64,000 bases of DNA from Coriobacteriales bacterium (GTDB lineage: Bacteria; Actinomycetota; Coriobacteriia; Coriobacteriales; UBA8131), in contig JAISEO010000092.1 of the NCBI GenBank assembly GCA_031264075.1, forward strand, positions 15,083 through 79,082, written 5' to 3'. A program made the position numbers and the translations under genes. Every line of letters begins with the position of its first letter. Positions within the stretch are counted from its first letter, which is position 1. Below the pieces are notes generated by a model that was given only the letters and a program-made list of their open reading frames with translations, was not told the DNA's origin and ran no database searches. Shown piece after piece: positions 28,556 to 39,000 of this stretch.

Positions 28556-29206
28556 CTACTTCTTCTTGCCGCCGAGAAGAAATGAGCCTATTCCGCTCAA
28601 TGCCAATAGGACGCCGCCCCAAAGAAGCAAGGGGCTTATGAAGCTTAGGATTGTCAGCTCTATATGATTGGGATAATCAAAGTATATGAGAGGGATCAAG
28701 CCTTCATACCAATCGAAGTTATCCGCATTGGCTATTTTTATTATCAGCCACAAAACAATCAGTACCACCCCAATCCCGAGCAAGGCTATACCCCCAAACG
28801 ATTTACTCCCCTTGTTTGCACTCGTCGGCTGAGGACTGGGTTGAGTGCTTGCGGTTGGCTGCCACTGTTGTGGCGGCATTTGTGGCTGCTGATACGATTG
28901 CGACATGGCCTGAAGATCTACGGTCGGCTGCGGCATCAGCGGTTTCTGGTAGGGGTTTGACTGCGGTTGCGCCATGCCCTGCACATTCGTGCCGCACGTG
29001 CCACAGAAGACATCCTGCGGCGTAAGCTGCGAACCGCATGTGGGACAAAAACTGCTTGAAGTGCTTATAGTGCTTGCAGTACTTGCAGTACTTGCAGTAT
29101 TTGCAGTACTTGCAGTACTTGCAGTGCTGTGCGGGCTATTTACGCTTGCTGCGTTTGCATCAGGGCGAACCGGAAATACGAGAAAATCGCGCATACTATC
29201 AGACAT
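28556..29206 (-). CDS. zinc-ribbon membrane protein with (S/T)A(S/N)T repeat and P/Q-rich linker
   Basis: FCPTCGSQLTPQDVFCGTCG ribbon and C-terminal TM helices. It is the first gene of the minus-strand array. An RBS (gagggag) lies upstream. Confidence 0.6.
   Translation of the reverse strand: MSDSMRDFLVFPVRPDANAASVNSPHSTASTASTANTASTASTASTISTSSSFCPTCGSQLTPQDVFCGTCGTNVQGMAQPQSNPYQKPLMPQPTVDLQAMSQSYQQPQMPPQQWQPTASTQPSPQPTSANKGSKSFGGIALLGIGVVLIVLWLIIKIANADNFDWYEGLIPLIYFDYPNHIELTILSFISPLLLWGGVLLALSGIGSFLLGGKKK
29061..29132. repeat. eight tandem 9-bp units (consensus agtacttgc) inside the zinc-ribbon gene
   Basis: Read directly from the sequence. Encodes STASTASTANTASTASTASTIS on the minus strand. 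Confidence 0.85.
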
Positions 29207-29360
29207 GGTCGTACTCCCTCTGTGACGCTGAACCCATAGCGGCTACCCTTCTCATAGCAGACACCTTCCCTTCAAAAAGCAAAAAATACAATCCGTACGG
29301 AATCCGTGCGGGACTGGTTGCAACGAAAAAGCAGGTTTTGCCACCGTAGCCCCACCGTGT

Positions 29361-29394
29361 GCAGCTATCAAAAGGTAAACCTTTTGATAGCTGC
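29361..29394. promoter_or_regulatory. hix-like recombination site 1 (34-bp perfect palindrome, central AA)
   Basis: gcagctatcaaaaggt AA accttttgatagctgc. The arms are exact reverse complements of each other. Confidence 0.6.
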
Positions 29395-29472
29395 GACTAA
29401 CGACAGTCATCCAGTGCCGGGTCGTCTCCCCTTTGCCCATTTTGCGAAAAACAGGTGGCTTTATGCCCGAAT

Positions 29473-30169
<697 letters not shown>

Positions 30170-30273
30170 TTATGCCTGCGTGTGGGGAGGATAGTGCCAG
30201 TCCAGTACAGCTGCATGAACAGAGGGAAGTCTCCTTCCCGGCCTGCTCTTACCGTTCTCCTGCAGCTGCGCTG

Positions 30274-31590
30274 CTATTCGCTCTGCTCTTCGGGGCGCGT
30301 GATACTGAGGTCGATGGTATCCACCCGATGCGCGTCCATGTTCTCGATGATAAAGCGTACCCGTGTGCCCTCGTACTCTATGACGGCCTCGTCGCCCGCG
30401 CTGGGAATCTTCTCGAACAGGCTGAACATCAGCCCTGCCGTTGTCTCCGAGTCCGCGGTCTCGTTGGGCATGAATCCGATTATCTCGGCGAGGTCGTCAA
30501 GCGGCAGGGAGCCGCCGATGACATAGTGGTCGCTGGTGATGCGTATGACCTTGTCCGTATCGTCGTGGTAGTACTCGTCCTCGACGCTGCCGATTATCTG
30601 CGTCATGATGTCGCTCATCGTGACGATGCCGGCGGTGCCCCCGTGTTCATCAACCACCACGGCTATCTTGGTCTTGCTCTTCTGCAGCATCTGCAAAACA
30701 CGCGCCACCATCATGCTCACCGGCACCGCGTGGATGGGGCGGATGCGCAGCTCGCACGTGGGGCTCGAGGCGGGCACGTCGTAGAGGTCTTTGATGTGCA
30801 CGAACCCGAGGATGTTATCCTTGTTGTCGCGATACACCGGGTAGCGGGTGTACTTGTACTGCTGCATGACGTTGAGGTTCTCCTCAAAACTCGCGTCGAT
30901 GTCGACACAGACCAGCTCGGTACGCGGCGTCATGATGGCCTCGGCGTCCTTGTCGCCCATGTCAAAGATGTTGTCGAGGTAGGTGTCCTGCTCGGGAGTG
31001 AGTTCGCCGCTTTTGGTGCTCTCGTCTATGAGCAGCTGGATCTCCTCCCCCGTATAGGCTTCCTGCACCTCGGTGTCCTCATGGCCCAGCAGTTTCATGA
31101 CCCCGCCCGTGATGGTGTTGAACAGCCACATGATGGGATAGGTGATGCGATAGAACCACACCAGGGGAGCGGCGGTAAGCAGGGCGTACTTCTCGGTGCT
31201 GAAGATGGCGAGCGACTTGGGGATGAGTTCTCCCACGACGATGTGGAGGGCCGTGATGATGGCAAAGCCCAGGGCTACGGCGATGGCCGAGATGGCCGCG
31301 TCGGGTAGTCCGAGCAGGCTCAGCGGTGCGTGGATGAGATGGGAGACGGCCGGTTCTCCGAGCCAGCCGAGCGCGAGCGACGCCAGCGTGATGCCCAGCT
31401 GGCAGGCACCGAGGTAGGCGTTGACATTGCTGGCGACCATGAGCGTGTAGGCGGCGCCTCGCGTGCCGGAGGACTGCAGGACCTCGGCTTGGGATTTTCT
31501 GATGCGCACCAGCGAGAACTCTGCCGCAACAAAAAAGGCATTCATCAGCAGAAAGAACAGGACAAGCAACAGGCTGAGCGCTACGGGCAT
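30274..31590 (-). CDS. CNNM/HlyC/CorC-family transporter (DUF21-CBS-CorC)
   Basis: N-terminus ..LMNAFFVAAEFSLVRIRKSQ.. (DUF21), then a CBS pair and a CorC_HlyC C-terminus. Confidence 0.85.
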   Translation of the reverse strand: MPVALSLLLVLFFLLMNAFFVAAEFSLVRIRKSQAEVLQSSGTRGAAYTLMVASNVNAYLGACQLGITLASLALGWLGEPAVSHLIHAPLSLLGLPDAAISAIAVALGFAIITALHIVVGELIPKSLAIFSTEKYALLTAAPLVWFYRITYPIMWLFNTITGGVMKLLGHEDTEVQEAYTGEEIQLLIDESTKSGELTPEQDTYLDNIFDMGDKDAEAIMTPRTELVCVDIDASFEENLNVMQQYKYTRYPVYRDNKDNILGFVHIKDLYDVPASSPTCELRIRPIHAVPVSMMVARVLQMLQKSKTKIAVVVDEHGGTAGIVTMSDIMTQIIGSVEDEYYHDDTDKVIRITSDHYVIGGSLPLDDLAEIIGFMPNETADSETTAGLMFSLFEKIPSAGDEAVIEYEGTRVRFIIENMDAHRVDTIDLSITRPEEQSE

Positions 31591-31695
31591 CTAAGCTGCT
31601 CTCCTCGCTGTGGCAACGGTCTGTTTTCGATGTTTTTTCATGCCTCCTATTGTAACGCCAAACCCGCTCGCTGTCGCCCCCCCGTTCCGTCAGGC

Positions 31696-32580
31696 TTACT
31701 CGTCCTCGCTGGGGGAGGTATGCTCCTCCGCCCCTGTCTGCCGCGTCAGTTCTTCGCGTACCCTGTCCAGCTGCTCATGCGTTTCCTGCTCCCAGAGAGA
31801 GCTGCGCCAGGCGTTGTAGTTCTTGTTGTATCTCATCTGAATCAGCTCGAGGATGATGGCAAATATCATGGCGAAGTAGACCATGAGCTTCTCTATGGCA
31901 ATGCCCGCGAACTCCACGCCGGTATGCGCGCCAAGGCTGTCCAGCACGAGCAGGACTCCGATGACGATGATGAAGGTGAGCGCAAGGATCTTTATCTCCG
32001 GATGTCGGTTGATGAAATTGGCGATGGGGTCGATGAACAGCATCATCACGAGCACCGCCAGCATGACGGCGATTATCATGATAATCAGGTGGTCGGCGAG
32101 GCCAACAGCCGTGATAACCGAGTCGATGGAGAAGACAAGATCCATAATCATGATGGTGGCAATGGCCTGCGGCAGGGCTATCTGGTGAAGTTTTTTGTGC
32201 TCGGGGCTCTGCTCCGCCTTGAGTTCCGTGAGCCTGAGCACGTCGAGGAGCTCGACGATGCCCTTGTAGATGAGGTATCCGCCGCCCACCAGAAGGACGA
32301 GATCCCGCACGGATACCCCATGCGAGAACGAACCGATCGCAAGCGTGAACAGGGGAGACGTCATGTGCACGAGAAACGACGCGAAGGCGAGGAACACGAT
32401 CCTCATCACCAGCGCGCCGGCAAGGCCGAGCCTCCGCCCCAGCTGCTGCTTCTCTTTGGGAAGGCGGTTGGTGGTGATGGCGATAAACACCAGATTGTCA
32501 ACGCCCAGCACGATTTCCAGGAAGACCAGCGTGAGCAGGCTTATCCAGGCTTCGGGTGTGGCGAAAATTGCGAGATCCAT
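31696..32580 (-). CDS. TerC-family integral membrane protein
   Basis: Start taken at MDLAIF. ..LEIVLGVDNLVFIAI.. and ..IMDLVFSIDSVITAVG.. are the paired TerC motifs. Confidence 0.85.
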   Translation of the reverse strand: MDLAIFATPEAWISLLTLVFLEIVLGVDNLVFIAITTNRLPKEKQQLGRRLGLAGALVMRIVFLAFASFLVHMTSPLFTLAIGSFSHGVSVRDLVLLVGGGYLIYKGIVELLDVLRLTELKAEQSPEHKKLHQIALPQAIATIMIMDLVFSIDSVITAVGLADHLIIMIIAVMLAVLVMMLFIDPIANFINRHPEIKILALTFIIVIGVLLVLDSLGAHTGVEFAGIAIEKLMVYFAMIFAIILELIQMRYNKNYNAWRSSLWEQETHEQLDRVREELTRQTGAEEHTSPSEDE

Positions 32581-32828
32581 CGGTGTTGTTTCTCCAGAAA
32601 TATAAGGTATCGGTTGGTGCACGGGGCTTTCACGGAAAGGAAAATAATAGCGCAAGCGGCACACGCATGCAATGATGCCAGGGCAGGGGGAGGGAAACAG
32701 TTGCTGTCCTCGTTACTCCCCTTGTCATTGCGAGGAGCGCATCGCGCGACGCGGCAATCCAGTCCTTCTCTGTCGTCTCCAGGTAATCTAATTTTTACCA
32801 TCTCCCTTGTTTCAGGGACTGGATTGCC

Positions 32829-32898
32829 GGTAGCACTTACTTTGCCTTTGCGTTGAGTAGCAGCACCTGCCCAGTTCTCAGGCAAAGTAAGTGCTACC
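32829..32898. repeat. inverted repeat GGTAGCACTTACTTTGCC / GGCAAAGTAAGTGCTACC (18-bp arms, 34-nt loop)
   Basis: Read directly from the sequence. A second copy of the same family lies at 63892-63960. Confidence 0.85.
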
Positions 32899-33171
32899 TC
32901 GCTCAGAGTGACAAAGAGGTGTGTGACGCTGTCCTCAGTTAAGCAGTGCAGAAATCTTGTCCGAACCAACTCATTTTGCTTACGCTTCTGCAACAAAACC
33001 CCGGCGAACTTGCATGAATCCTATGCTGGTACTTTGCGGACAATGAGAAACCGGACATCATGATTATACAGAGCAGGTACCTTGCGCCAAGCCCACCATC
33101 CAGGGGGGCCGTTTCATCAGTATTGCCAGTAGAATCACCCTTATCACACGCACATCCTACGGGGGCACTCC

Positions 33172-36100
33172 ATGCTTGAACTGAAGAACCTGGTAAAGTC
33201 CTACACCACGGCGGGCTTTACACAAAAGGCACTCGACGGTGTCTCGGTAACGCTGCGCGACAACGAGTTCGTCGCCGTGCTCGGCCCCAGCGGCTCGGGC
33301 AAGACGACCCTGCTCAACATCGTCGGCGGCCTGGATCACTACGACTCCGGTGACCTCATCATTGACGGCATCTCCACGAGGGAATACAAGGACAGAGACT
33401 GGGATACCTACCGCAACAACCGCATCGGCTTTGTCTTTCAGAGTTACAACCTCATCCCGCACCAGAGCGTGCTGGCCAATGTGGAGTTGGCGCTGACGCT
33501 TTCGGGTGTGCCCAAGGCCGAACGGCGCAAGCGGGCCCGCATGGCGCTCGCCCAGGTGGGCCTGCAAGACCATATCTCCAAGAAGCCGAGCCAGCTCTCC
33601 GGCGGTCAGATGCAGCGCGTGGCCATAGCCCGTGCCCTCATCAACGACCCGGAGATACTCCTCGCCGACGAGCCCACCGGAGCACTCGACTCCAAGACCA
33701 GTGTGCAGATAATGGACCTCCTCAAGGAGATAGCCGCAGATCGCCTCGTGGTCATGGTCACCCACAACCCCGACCTGGCAGACACCTACGCCAACCGCAC
33801 CATCCGCCTCTCGGACGGCAGAGTCGTAGGAGACTCCAATCCCGTCGCCGCCACCGAGGTGGGACACGAGGCCCGCCCCCCGCGCAGGGCGAAGATGAGC
33901 TTCTTTACCGCCGTTGCGCTCTCCTTCAGCAACCTCATGACCAAGAAGGGGCGCACGCTGATGATGGCCTTTGCCGGCTCCATCGGCATCATCGGCATCG
34001 CCGGCATCCTCGCGCTCTCCAACGGCGTCAACAACTATATCAAGACGGTGGAGGAGGACACGCTCAGCGTGTATCCGCTCTCCATTACCTCCACGGGCTT
34101 TGACATGACCTCGCTGTTGGTGGGGAGCACCGCCACCTCGGACGACTCTGAGGAGGGCGAGGCCGAAGAGTCTGAAGCCTCCGCAGGCTTCTCGCTGTTT
34201 GGTGGCATCAATACCGAGGAAGAGGAGCTTGCCGAGGAAGAACAGCTCATCCAGGAGTTCCCCATCATGTCCTCGATGTTCGACACGGTTCAGTCCAACG
34301 ACCTGGCCGCGCTCAAGACCTATCTGGAGAGCTCGGAGAGCGGCATTGACGAGTACGTCAACACCATTCAGTATGAGTATGATGTGACGCCGCAGATCTA
34401 CCTCCCTGTGACCGACCCGGAGACCCATAAGGTCAACCCCGATACGAGCTTTGCGGCGCTGGGCATGGGTTCGGGGGTCAGCAGCAGTTCGCTCTTAAGC
34501 ATGGGCATGAGCACCGATGTCTTTGCCGAGCTGTTGAATGATTACGATATCTACAGCGAGCAGTATGAGGTGCTCGCCGGCGACTGGCCCCACCAGGCCG
34601 ATGAGATCGTGCTGGTAGTGACCGCAGCCCATCGCGTGAGCGACTACCTGCTGTATCCCATGGGCCTGCGTGACTACCACGAACTCAACGCCATGGTCGA
34701 GGCCTTCGTCAACGAGGAAGAGGTGGTCACCTCAGACGACCGGCTCGACTTCAGCTATGAGGACATCATGGAAGTGAGCTTTACCCTGGTCTACAACTCC
34801 GACTACTACACCCATGATGACACCTACGATGTCTGGGTCGATCGCAGCGATGATGCCGAGTTTGTCAAGGGACTCGTGAGGGATGGCAAGGAGCTGCGCA
34901 TCAGCGGCATCGTGGCGGCACGCGAGTCCTCGCAGACCATGATGCTCACGCCGGGTCTCTATTACACCTCCGAACTCGTAGAGGACATCGTGGCCCACTC
35001 CGAGGCGAGTGACATAACCAAATATCAGCTGGAGAATCCCACGCTCAACATATTTACCAACAAGACCTTTATCGAGGAGGCGGATGAGAACGCCGCGAGC
35101 GACTTTGACATGGGGAGTCTCTTCTCCATTGATGAGGAGGCCATGGGCAACGCCTTTTCCATGGACGATTCGGCCATGAGCGGCCTGGACTTTTCGGGCA
35201 TCCTCGACCCCAACGCGGTCATGGCTGCCATGCCGCCGATGGATATGAGCGGTGCGCTCGCAGGCATCGGCAACGACGGCGCGACGCCCGATATGCAGAG
35301 TGCGCTGCAAGGCGCCCTGTCCACGGCCATTGGAGGGCTCATGCAGGGGTATATGATCTGGTATCCAACGAGCGGTTTTCCGCTGACGGATCTGGCTGCT
35401 CACTTCGGCGACTTCATGCAGACGCCCGAGGCACAGGCCATCCTCGTTGAGGCCATCGCCAACGATCCGGCCATGGCAGCGTATCAGATCCAGATGGCCG
35501 AGTACCAGGCCCAGATGCAGGCTGCCATCACCGGGTATATGCAGCAGTACATGCAGCAGATGCTCACCATCATGGCCGAGCAGATAGCCGTCAACATGCA
35601 GGCTACCATGGCAAACCTTACCGCCAACATGGCCAACGCCATGCACATAGACGAGGAGGCCTTTGCAGAGGCCTTCCAGTTCAACCTCGACGAGGCGGAA
35701 CTCACGGCGCTCATGCTCTCGATGATGGGCGGCCAGCAGAGTTCCCTCAACGGCAACCTCACCAAGCTCGGCTATGCCGACTACGCGAGCCCCTACCAGA
35801 TATCGCTCTACCCCTTTGACTTTGAAGGCAAGCAGGAAATCCTCAACATCCTCGATGCCTACAACAAGCGCATGGAGGACGCGGGCGAGGAGGAGAAGGT
35901 CATCACCTACACCGACATCGTGGGTACGCTCATGAGTTCCGTCACCACGATAATCGACATGATCTCCATGGTGCTGGTGGCCTTTGTGGCCATCTCGCTG
36001 GTGGTCTCCTCCATCATGATAGGCGTCATCACCTATATCTCGGTGCTCGAGCGCAAGAAGGAGATAGGCATCCTGCGCTCCATTGGCGCGAGCAAGGGCG

Positions 36101-36363
36101 ACATCGGCAACGTCTTCAACGCCGAGACCCTCATCGTGGGCTTTGTGGCGGGAGCCATGGGCATTGCCATCGTGCTCGTGCTGTCTGTTCCCATCAACCT
36201 CATCGTGTTGCAGGGCTTTGACATACCCAACATCGTGCTGTTGCCGCCCCTGCCCGCGATAATCCTCATTGCCGTGAGCTGTCTGCTCACCTTTGTGGCC
36301 GGGCTTCTGCCCTCCAGCGCAGCAAGCCGCAAGGATCCGGTGGAGGCACTGAGGTCGGAGTAA
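33172..36363 (+). CDS. fused ABC transporter ATP-binding protein and FtsX/MacB-type permease
   Basis: N-terminal Walker A (GPSGSGKTT), signature LSGGQMQR and Walker B (LLADEPT). The C-terminus has a large extracytoplasmic region and FtsX-type helices. Confidence 0.85.
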   Translation: MLELKNLVKSYTTAGFTQKALDGVSVTLRDNEFVAVLGPSGSGKTTLLNIVGGLDHYDSGDLIIDGISTREYKDRDWDTYRNNRIGFVFQSYNLIPHQSVLANVELALTLSGVPKAERRKRARMALAQVGLQDHISKKPSQLSGGQMQRVAIARALINDPEILLADEPTGALDSKTSVQIMDLLKEIAADRLVVMVTHNPDLADTYANRTIRLSDGRVVGDSNPVAATEVGHEARPPRRAKMSFFTAVALSFSNLMTKKGRTLMMAFAGSIGIIGIAGILALSNGVNNYIKTVEEDTLSVYPLSITSTGFDMTSLLVGSTATSDDSEEGEAEESEASAGFSLFGGINTEEEELAEEEQLIQEFPIMSSMFDTVQSNDLAALKTYLESSESGIDEYVNTIQYEYDVTPQIYLPVTDPETHKVNPDTSFAALGMGSGVSSSSLLSMGMSTDVFAELLNDYDIYSEQYEVLAGDWPHQADEIVLVVTAAHRVSDYLLYPMGLRDYHELNAMVEAFVNEEEVVTSDDRLDFSYEDIMEVSFTLVYNSDYYTHDDTYDVWVDRSDDAEFVKGLVRDGKELRISGIVAARESSQTMMLTPGLYYTSELVEDIVAHSEASDITKYQLENPTLNIFTNKTFIEEADENAASDFDMGSLFSIDEEAMGNAFSMDDSAMSGLDFSGILDPNAVMAAMPPMDMSGALAGIGNDGATPDMQSALQGALSTAIGGLMQGYMIWYPTSGFPLTDLAAHFGDFMQTPEAQAILVEAIANDPAMAAYQIQMAEYQAQMQAAITGYMQQYMQQMLTIMAEQIAVNMQATMANLTANMANAMHIDEEAFAEAFQFNLDEAELTALMLSMMGGQQSSLNGNLTKLGYADYASPYQISLYPFDFEGKQEILNILDAYNKRMEDAGEEEKVITYTDIVGTLMSSVTTIIDMISMVLVAFVAISLVVSSIMIGVITYISVLERKKEIGILRSIGASKGDIGNVFNAETLIVGFVAGAMGIAIVLVLSVPINLIVLQGFDIPNIVLLPPLPAIILIAVSCLLTFVAGLLPSSAASRKDPVEALRSE

Positions 36364-36373
36364 CTGACAACAG

Positions 36374-36428
36374 GGGGGACGGGGCAACTGTGCCCCAAGC
36401 ACTCGGTGGGTTCGTTGCCCCGTCCCCC
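36374..36428. repeat. GC-rich palindromic element (GGGGGACGGGGCAAC, 25 nt, GTTGCCCCGTCCCCC)
   Basis: Perfect 15-bp arms. Sits 10 nt after the ABC gene stop. Confidence 0.85.
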
Positions 36429-36512
36429 TACAGTGCGAACACCAGTGGATCCGGTACACCGCTTCACCCCTCGAATGATTCTGAGATTTATCTATGGATA
36501 AATCACATAATC

Positions 36513-36541
36513 TTGACTTTTCCCCAGATAAAAATTATAAT
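36513..36541 (+). promoter_or_regulatory. near-consensus sigma-70-type promoter for the AAA ATPase gene
   Basis: TTGACT, 17-bp spacer, TATAAT. An AT-rich palindrome, gatttatctatggataaatc, lies upstream at 36485-36504. Confidence 0.5.
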
Positions 36542-36584
36542 CTGTAGTTCCATCAAACCTGCTGCCAGAAAGGAGCGCTCTGCC

Positions 36585-37889
36585 ATGACCACCCCTATGA
36601 AGCGCCGAGCCTCTAACCTTCTGCTGGACTGGAAGAATTCACAACGGTCACGCAAGCCCCTGCTTCTCAACGGTGCTCGCCAAGTGGGAAAGACCTGGCT
36701 GCTTCAGCATTTCGCCCAGCAGAATTACGAGAACCATATTCATATCAGCCTCGACTCTAACACCAGGATTGCGTCATACTTTGACGACGACATCACACCC
36801 GCACGCATCATCACGCTTCTGGAGGCCGAGTTTCGTCAGAACATCACTCCAGGAAAAACCCTTGTTATCTTCGACGAGATACAGTCCTGTGAACGTGCGC
36901 TGACCTCTCTGAAGTACTTTGCGGAAGATGCGCCCGAATATCACATCACCGCCGCTGGTAGCCTGTTGGGCGTAGCCATCAACAGAGAACGTTACTCCTT
37001 TCCCGTTGGTCAGGTTCAAATGCTCAATCTGCATCCCATGGACTTTGAGGAATACCTCACAGCAAGAGACGAAACGCTCCTGCTTGAGGCCATCCAAGAG
37101 GGCTTTCAGCACAAGAAGCCATTGCTCCCCGGCCTGCATCAAAAGGCGATAGAGCGTTACCGCGAATATCTTGTCACCGGCGGTATGCCAGCCGTAGTAG
37201 CCGCCTTCAGGGAGGGAACGCCCTTCTTTGATCTGCCCCTGTTGCAAGAACAGATACTCGGCAACTATAGCGCCGACATGGCAAAGTACGCCAGCCCTTC
37301 CGAGACAGTAAAGATTCGGGCCTGCTTTAACTCACTGCCCGCACAGCTGGGCAAGGACAACCACAAGTTTCAGTACCGTGTCGTGCGCAAAGGCGGCAGT
37401 GCGGCCATCTACGCCGAGGCAATCGAGTGGCTGGTGCTCGCGGGCGTGGTAAACCGTTGTCAGAAGACCGAGCAGGGCTTGCAGCCTGTCACTACGCACG
37501 TTGACCCCGGCTCATTCAAGCTCTATCATCTGGATACCGGCCTGCTCAGTGCGCAGACAGGCGTCAGGCAAAGTGACATCCTCACCGGAACCCCCCAACA
37601 TTTTCAGGGAGCGCTTGCGGAGAATTATGTAGCCCAGCAGCTCGTCGCTCGCTCAAATCAACTCTATTACTGGACCAGCAATAACACCGCTGAGGTGGAT
37701 TTTGTCCTTCAGTCTCAAGCAGGCGTAACGGCCATTGAGGTAAAGAGTGGCGGCAACACCCATTCCAAAAGCCTCCGGCAATTCATCAACCGCTACTCTC
37801 CCGAGCGCGCGATACGGCTCTCACTCAAGCCCTTCGGCTCCGGCGGCGACCTGCAAGCGGTTCCGCTTTACGCAGCGTTTTGCCTGTAG
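36585..37889 (+). CDS. AAA ATPase with DUF4143-type C-terminal domain
   Basis: Walker A ..LLLNGARQVGKTWLL... The C-terminus ..EVDFVLQ..AIEVKSGGN.. is restriction-endonuclease-like. Confidence 0.8.
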   Translation: MTTPMKRRASNLLLDWKNSQRSRKPLLLNGARQVGKTWLLQHFAQQNYENHIHISLDSNTRIASYFDDDITPARIITLLEAEFRQNITPGKTLVIFDEIQSCERALTSLKYFAEDAPEYHITAAGSLLGVAINRERYSFPVGQVQMLNLHPMDFEEYLTARDETLLLEAIQEGFQHKKPLLPGLHQKAIERYREYLVTGGMPAVVAAFREGTPFFDLPLLQEQILGNYSADMAKYASPSETVKIRACFNSLPAQLGKDNHKFQYRVVRKGGSAAIYAEAIEWLVLAGVVNRCQKTEQGLQPVTTHVDPGSFKLYHLDTGLLSAQTGVRQSDILTGTPQHFQGALAENYVAQQLVARSNQLYYWTSNNTAEVDFVLQSQAGVTAIEVKSGGNTHSKSLRQFINRYSPERAIRLSLKPFGSGGDLQAVPLYAAFCL

Positions 37890-37942
37890 GGGGATGGGGC
37901 AACAGGCCCGCTGCGGTTCGTGGATCCGTTGCCTCGTCCTCC
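37889..37942. repeat. GC-rich palindromic element, diverged copy
   Basis: gggggaTggggcaac ..24 nt.. gttgccTcgtccTcc. It starts at the ATPase stop codon. Confidence 0.75.
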
Positions 37943-37992
37943 TGCCCGGAAGGTTCAGCCCCGTCCCAGAATGTTGAAAGAGGAGGAAAAGT

Positions 37993-38772
37993 ATGATGAA
38001 CCTGGAAGAACGAATAGCTCTGTTGCACAGCGCGGTGCTGGCCGGTAGCCGTGTGGTATTCTTTGGCGGTGCCGGTGTCTCCACGCAGAGTGGCATCCCG
38101 GACTTTCGCAGCAGGGACGGCCTGTACAACCAGCACTACGCCTATCCGCCTGAGGACATGCTGAGCCGTACCTTCTTTTATCAGCATACCGAGGAGTTTT
38201 TCGAGTTTTACCGGGAGAAGGTCGTGCTGCCGGCGCTGGCTGCCAAGCCTAATGCCGCTCATCAGGCGCTCGTGCGGTTGGAGGACGAGGGGCATCTCCG
38301 AGCCGTTATCACTCAGAACATCGACGGCCTGCACCAGGCGGCAGGCTCCCGCAAGGTTCTTGAGTTGCACGGCAGCATCCAGCGCAATTACTGTGAGCAG
38401 TGTGGTGCCTTCTACGATGCTGAGCAGGTACTCGCCTTACTCGCCGTCAATCCTTCCGTTGCTACCGGCGGAGGCGGCGTGCCGCGCTGTTCACGTCTTG
38501 GCTGCACAGGGCTCGTAAAACCCGATGTGGTGCTCTACGAGGAGCCGCTCAACAGCGAGGTGCTTGATGAGGCCGTCCGTGAGATTTCCGAGGCCGAGGT
38601 GCTTATCGTCGGAGGTACGTCGCTCGTAGTCAACCCGGCTGCCAGCCTCGTGGGCCTGTTCCGCGGCAACACGCTCGTCGTCATCAACAAGTCCGATACC
38701 TGGAGCGATGCCAGCGCCGATATACTCTTCCACGAGGACATAGCCACGGTGCTGGGCGGGTTTCTGGGGTAA
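37993..38772 (+). CDS. cobB: NAD-dependent protein deacylase (sirtuin, Sir2/CobB family)
   Basis: ..FFGGAGVSTQSGIPDFRS.. ..TQNIDGLH.. ..ELHGS.. plus the Zn-binding Cys pairs CEQCG and CSRLGC. Confidence 0.9.
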   Translation: MMNLEERIALLHSAVLAGSRVVFFGGAGVSTQSGIPDFRSRDGLYNQHYAYPPEDMLSRTFFYQHTEEFFEFYREKVVLPALAAKPNAAHQALVRLEDEGHLRAVITQNIDGLHQAAGSRKVLELHGSIQRNYCEQCGAFYDAEQVLALLAVNPSVATGGGGVPRCSRLGCTGLVKPDVVLYEEPLNSEVLDEAVREISEAEVLIVGGTSLVVNPAASLVGLFRGNTLVVINKSDTWSDASADILFHEDIATVLGGFLG

Positions 38773-39000
38773 AGGGAGAAGAGGCAATTGTCCCACTGAG
38801 GTTCTTGACGCAGATGTCCGTCCCTTCTGTTTGATGTGTGGGATAACAGCCCCTTCCCAATCGTTTCTTGCAAGCACGCATGGGCAGGGAGGACATCACG
38901 CAACTGCGACAACCTGCAAGGCAGCCGATTATCGTGTATACTGACATTGGTTGGTGTTGTCTAGCGGTACGAGGGCAACGCCAGGAAAGCGAGGTGTCTC

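Noticed and set aside
32581-32900. Confident call of a yybP-ykoY manganese riboswitch.
   Set aside because: Only the 5' GGGGAGTA box and the genomic context fit. I could not find the 3' conserved segment or build the four-way junction by eye, so it is listed as a low-interest finding rather than a feature.
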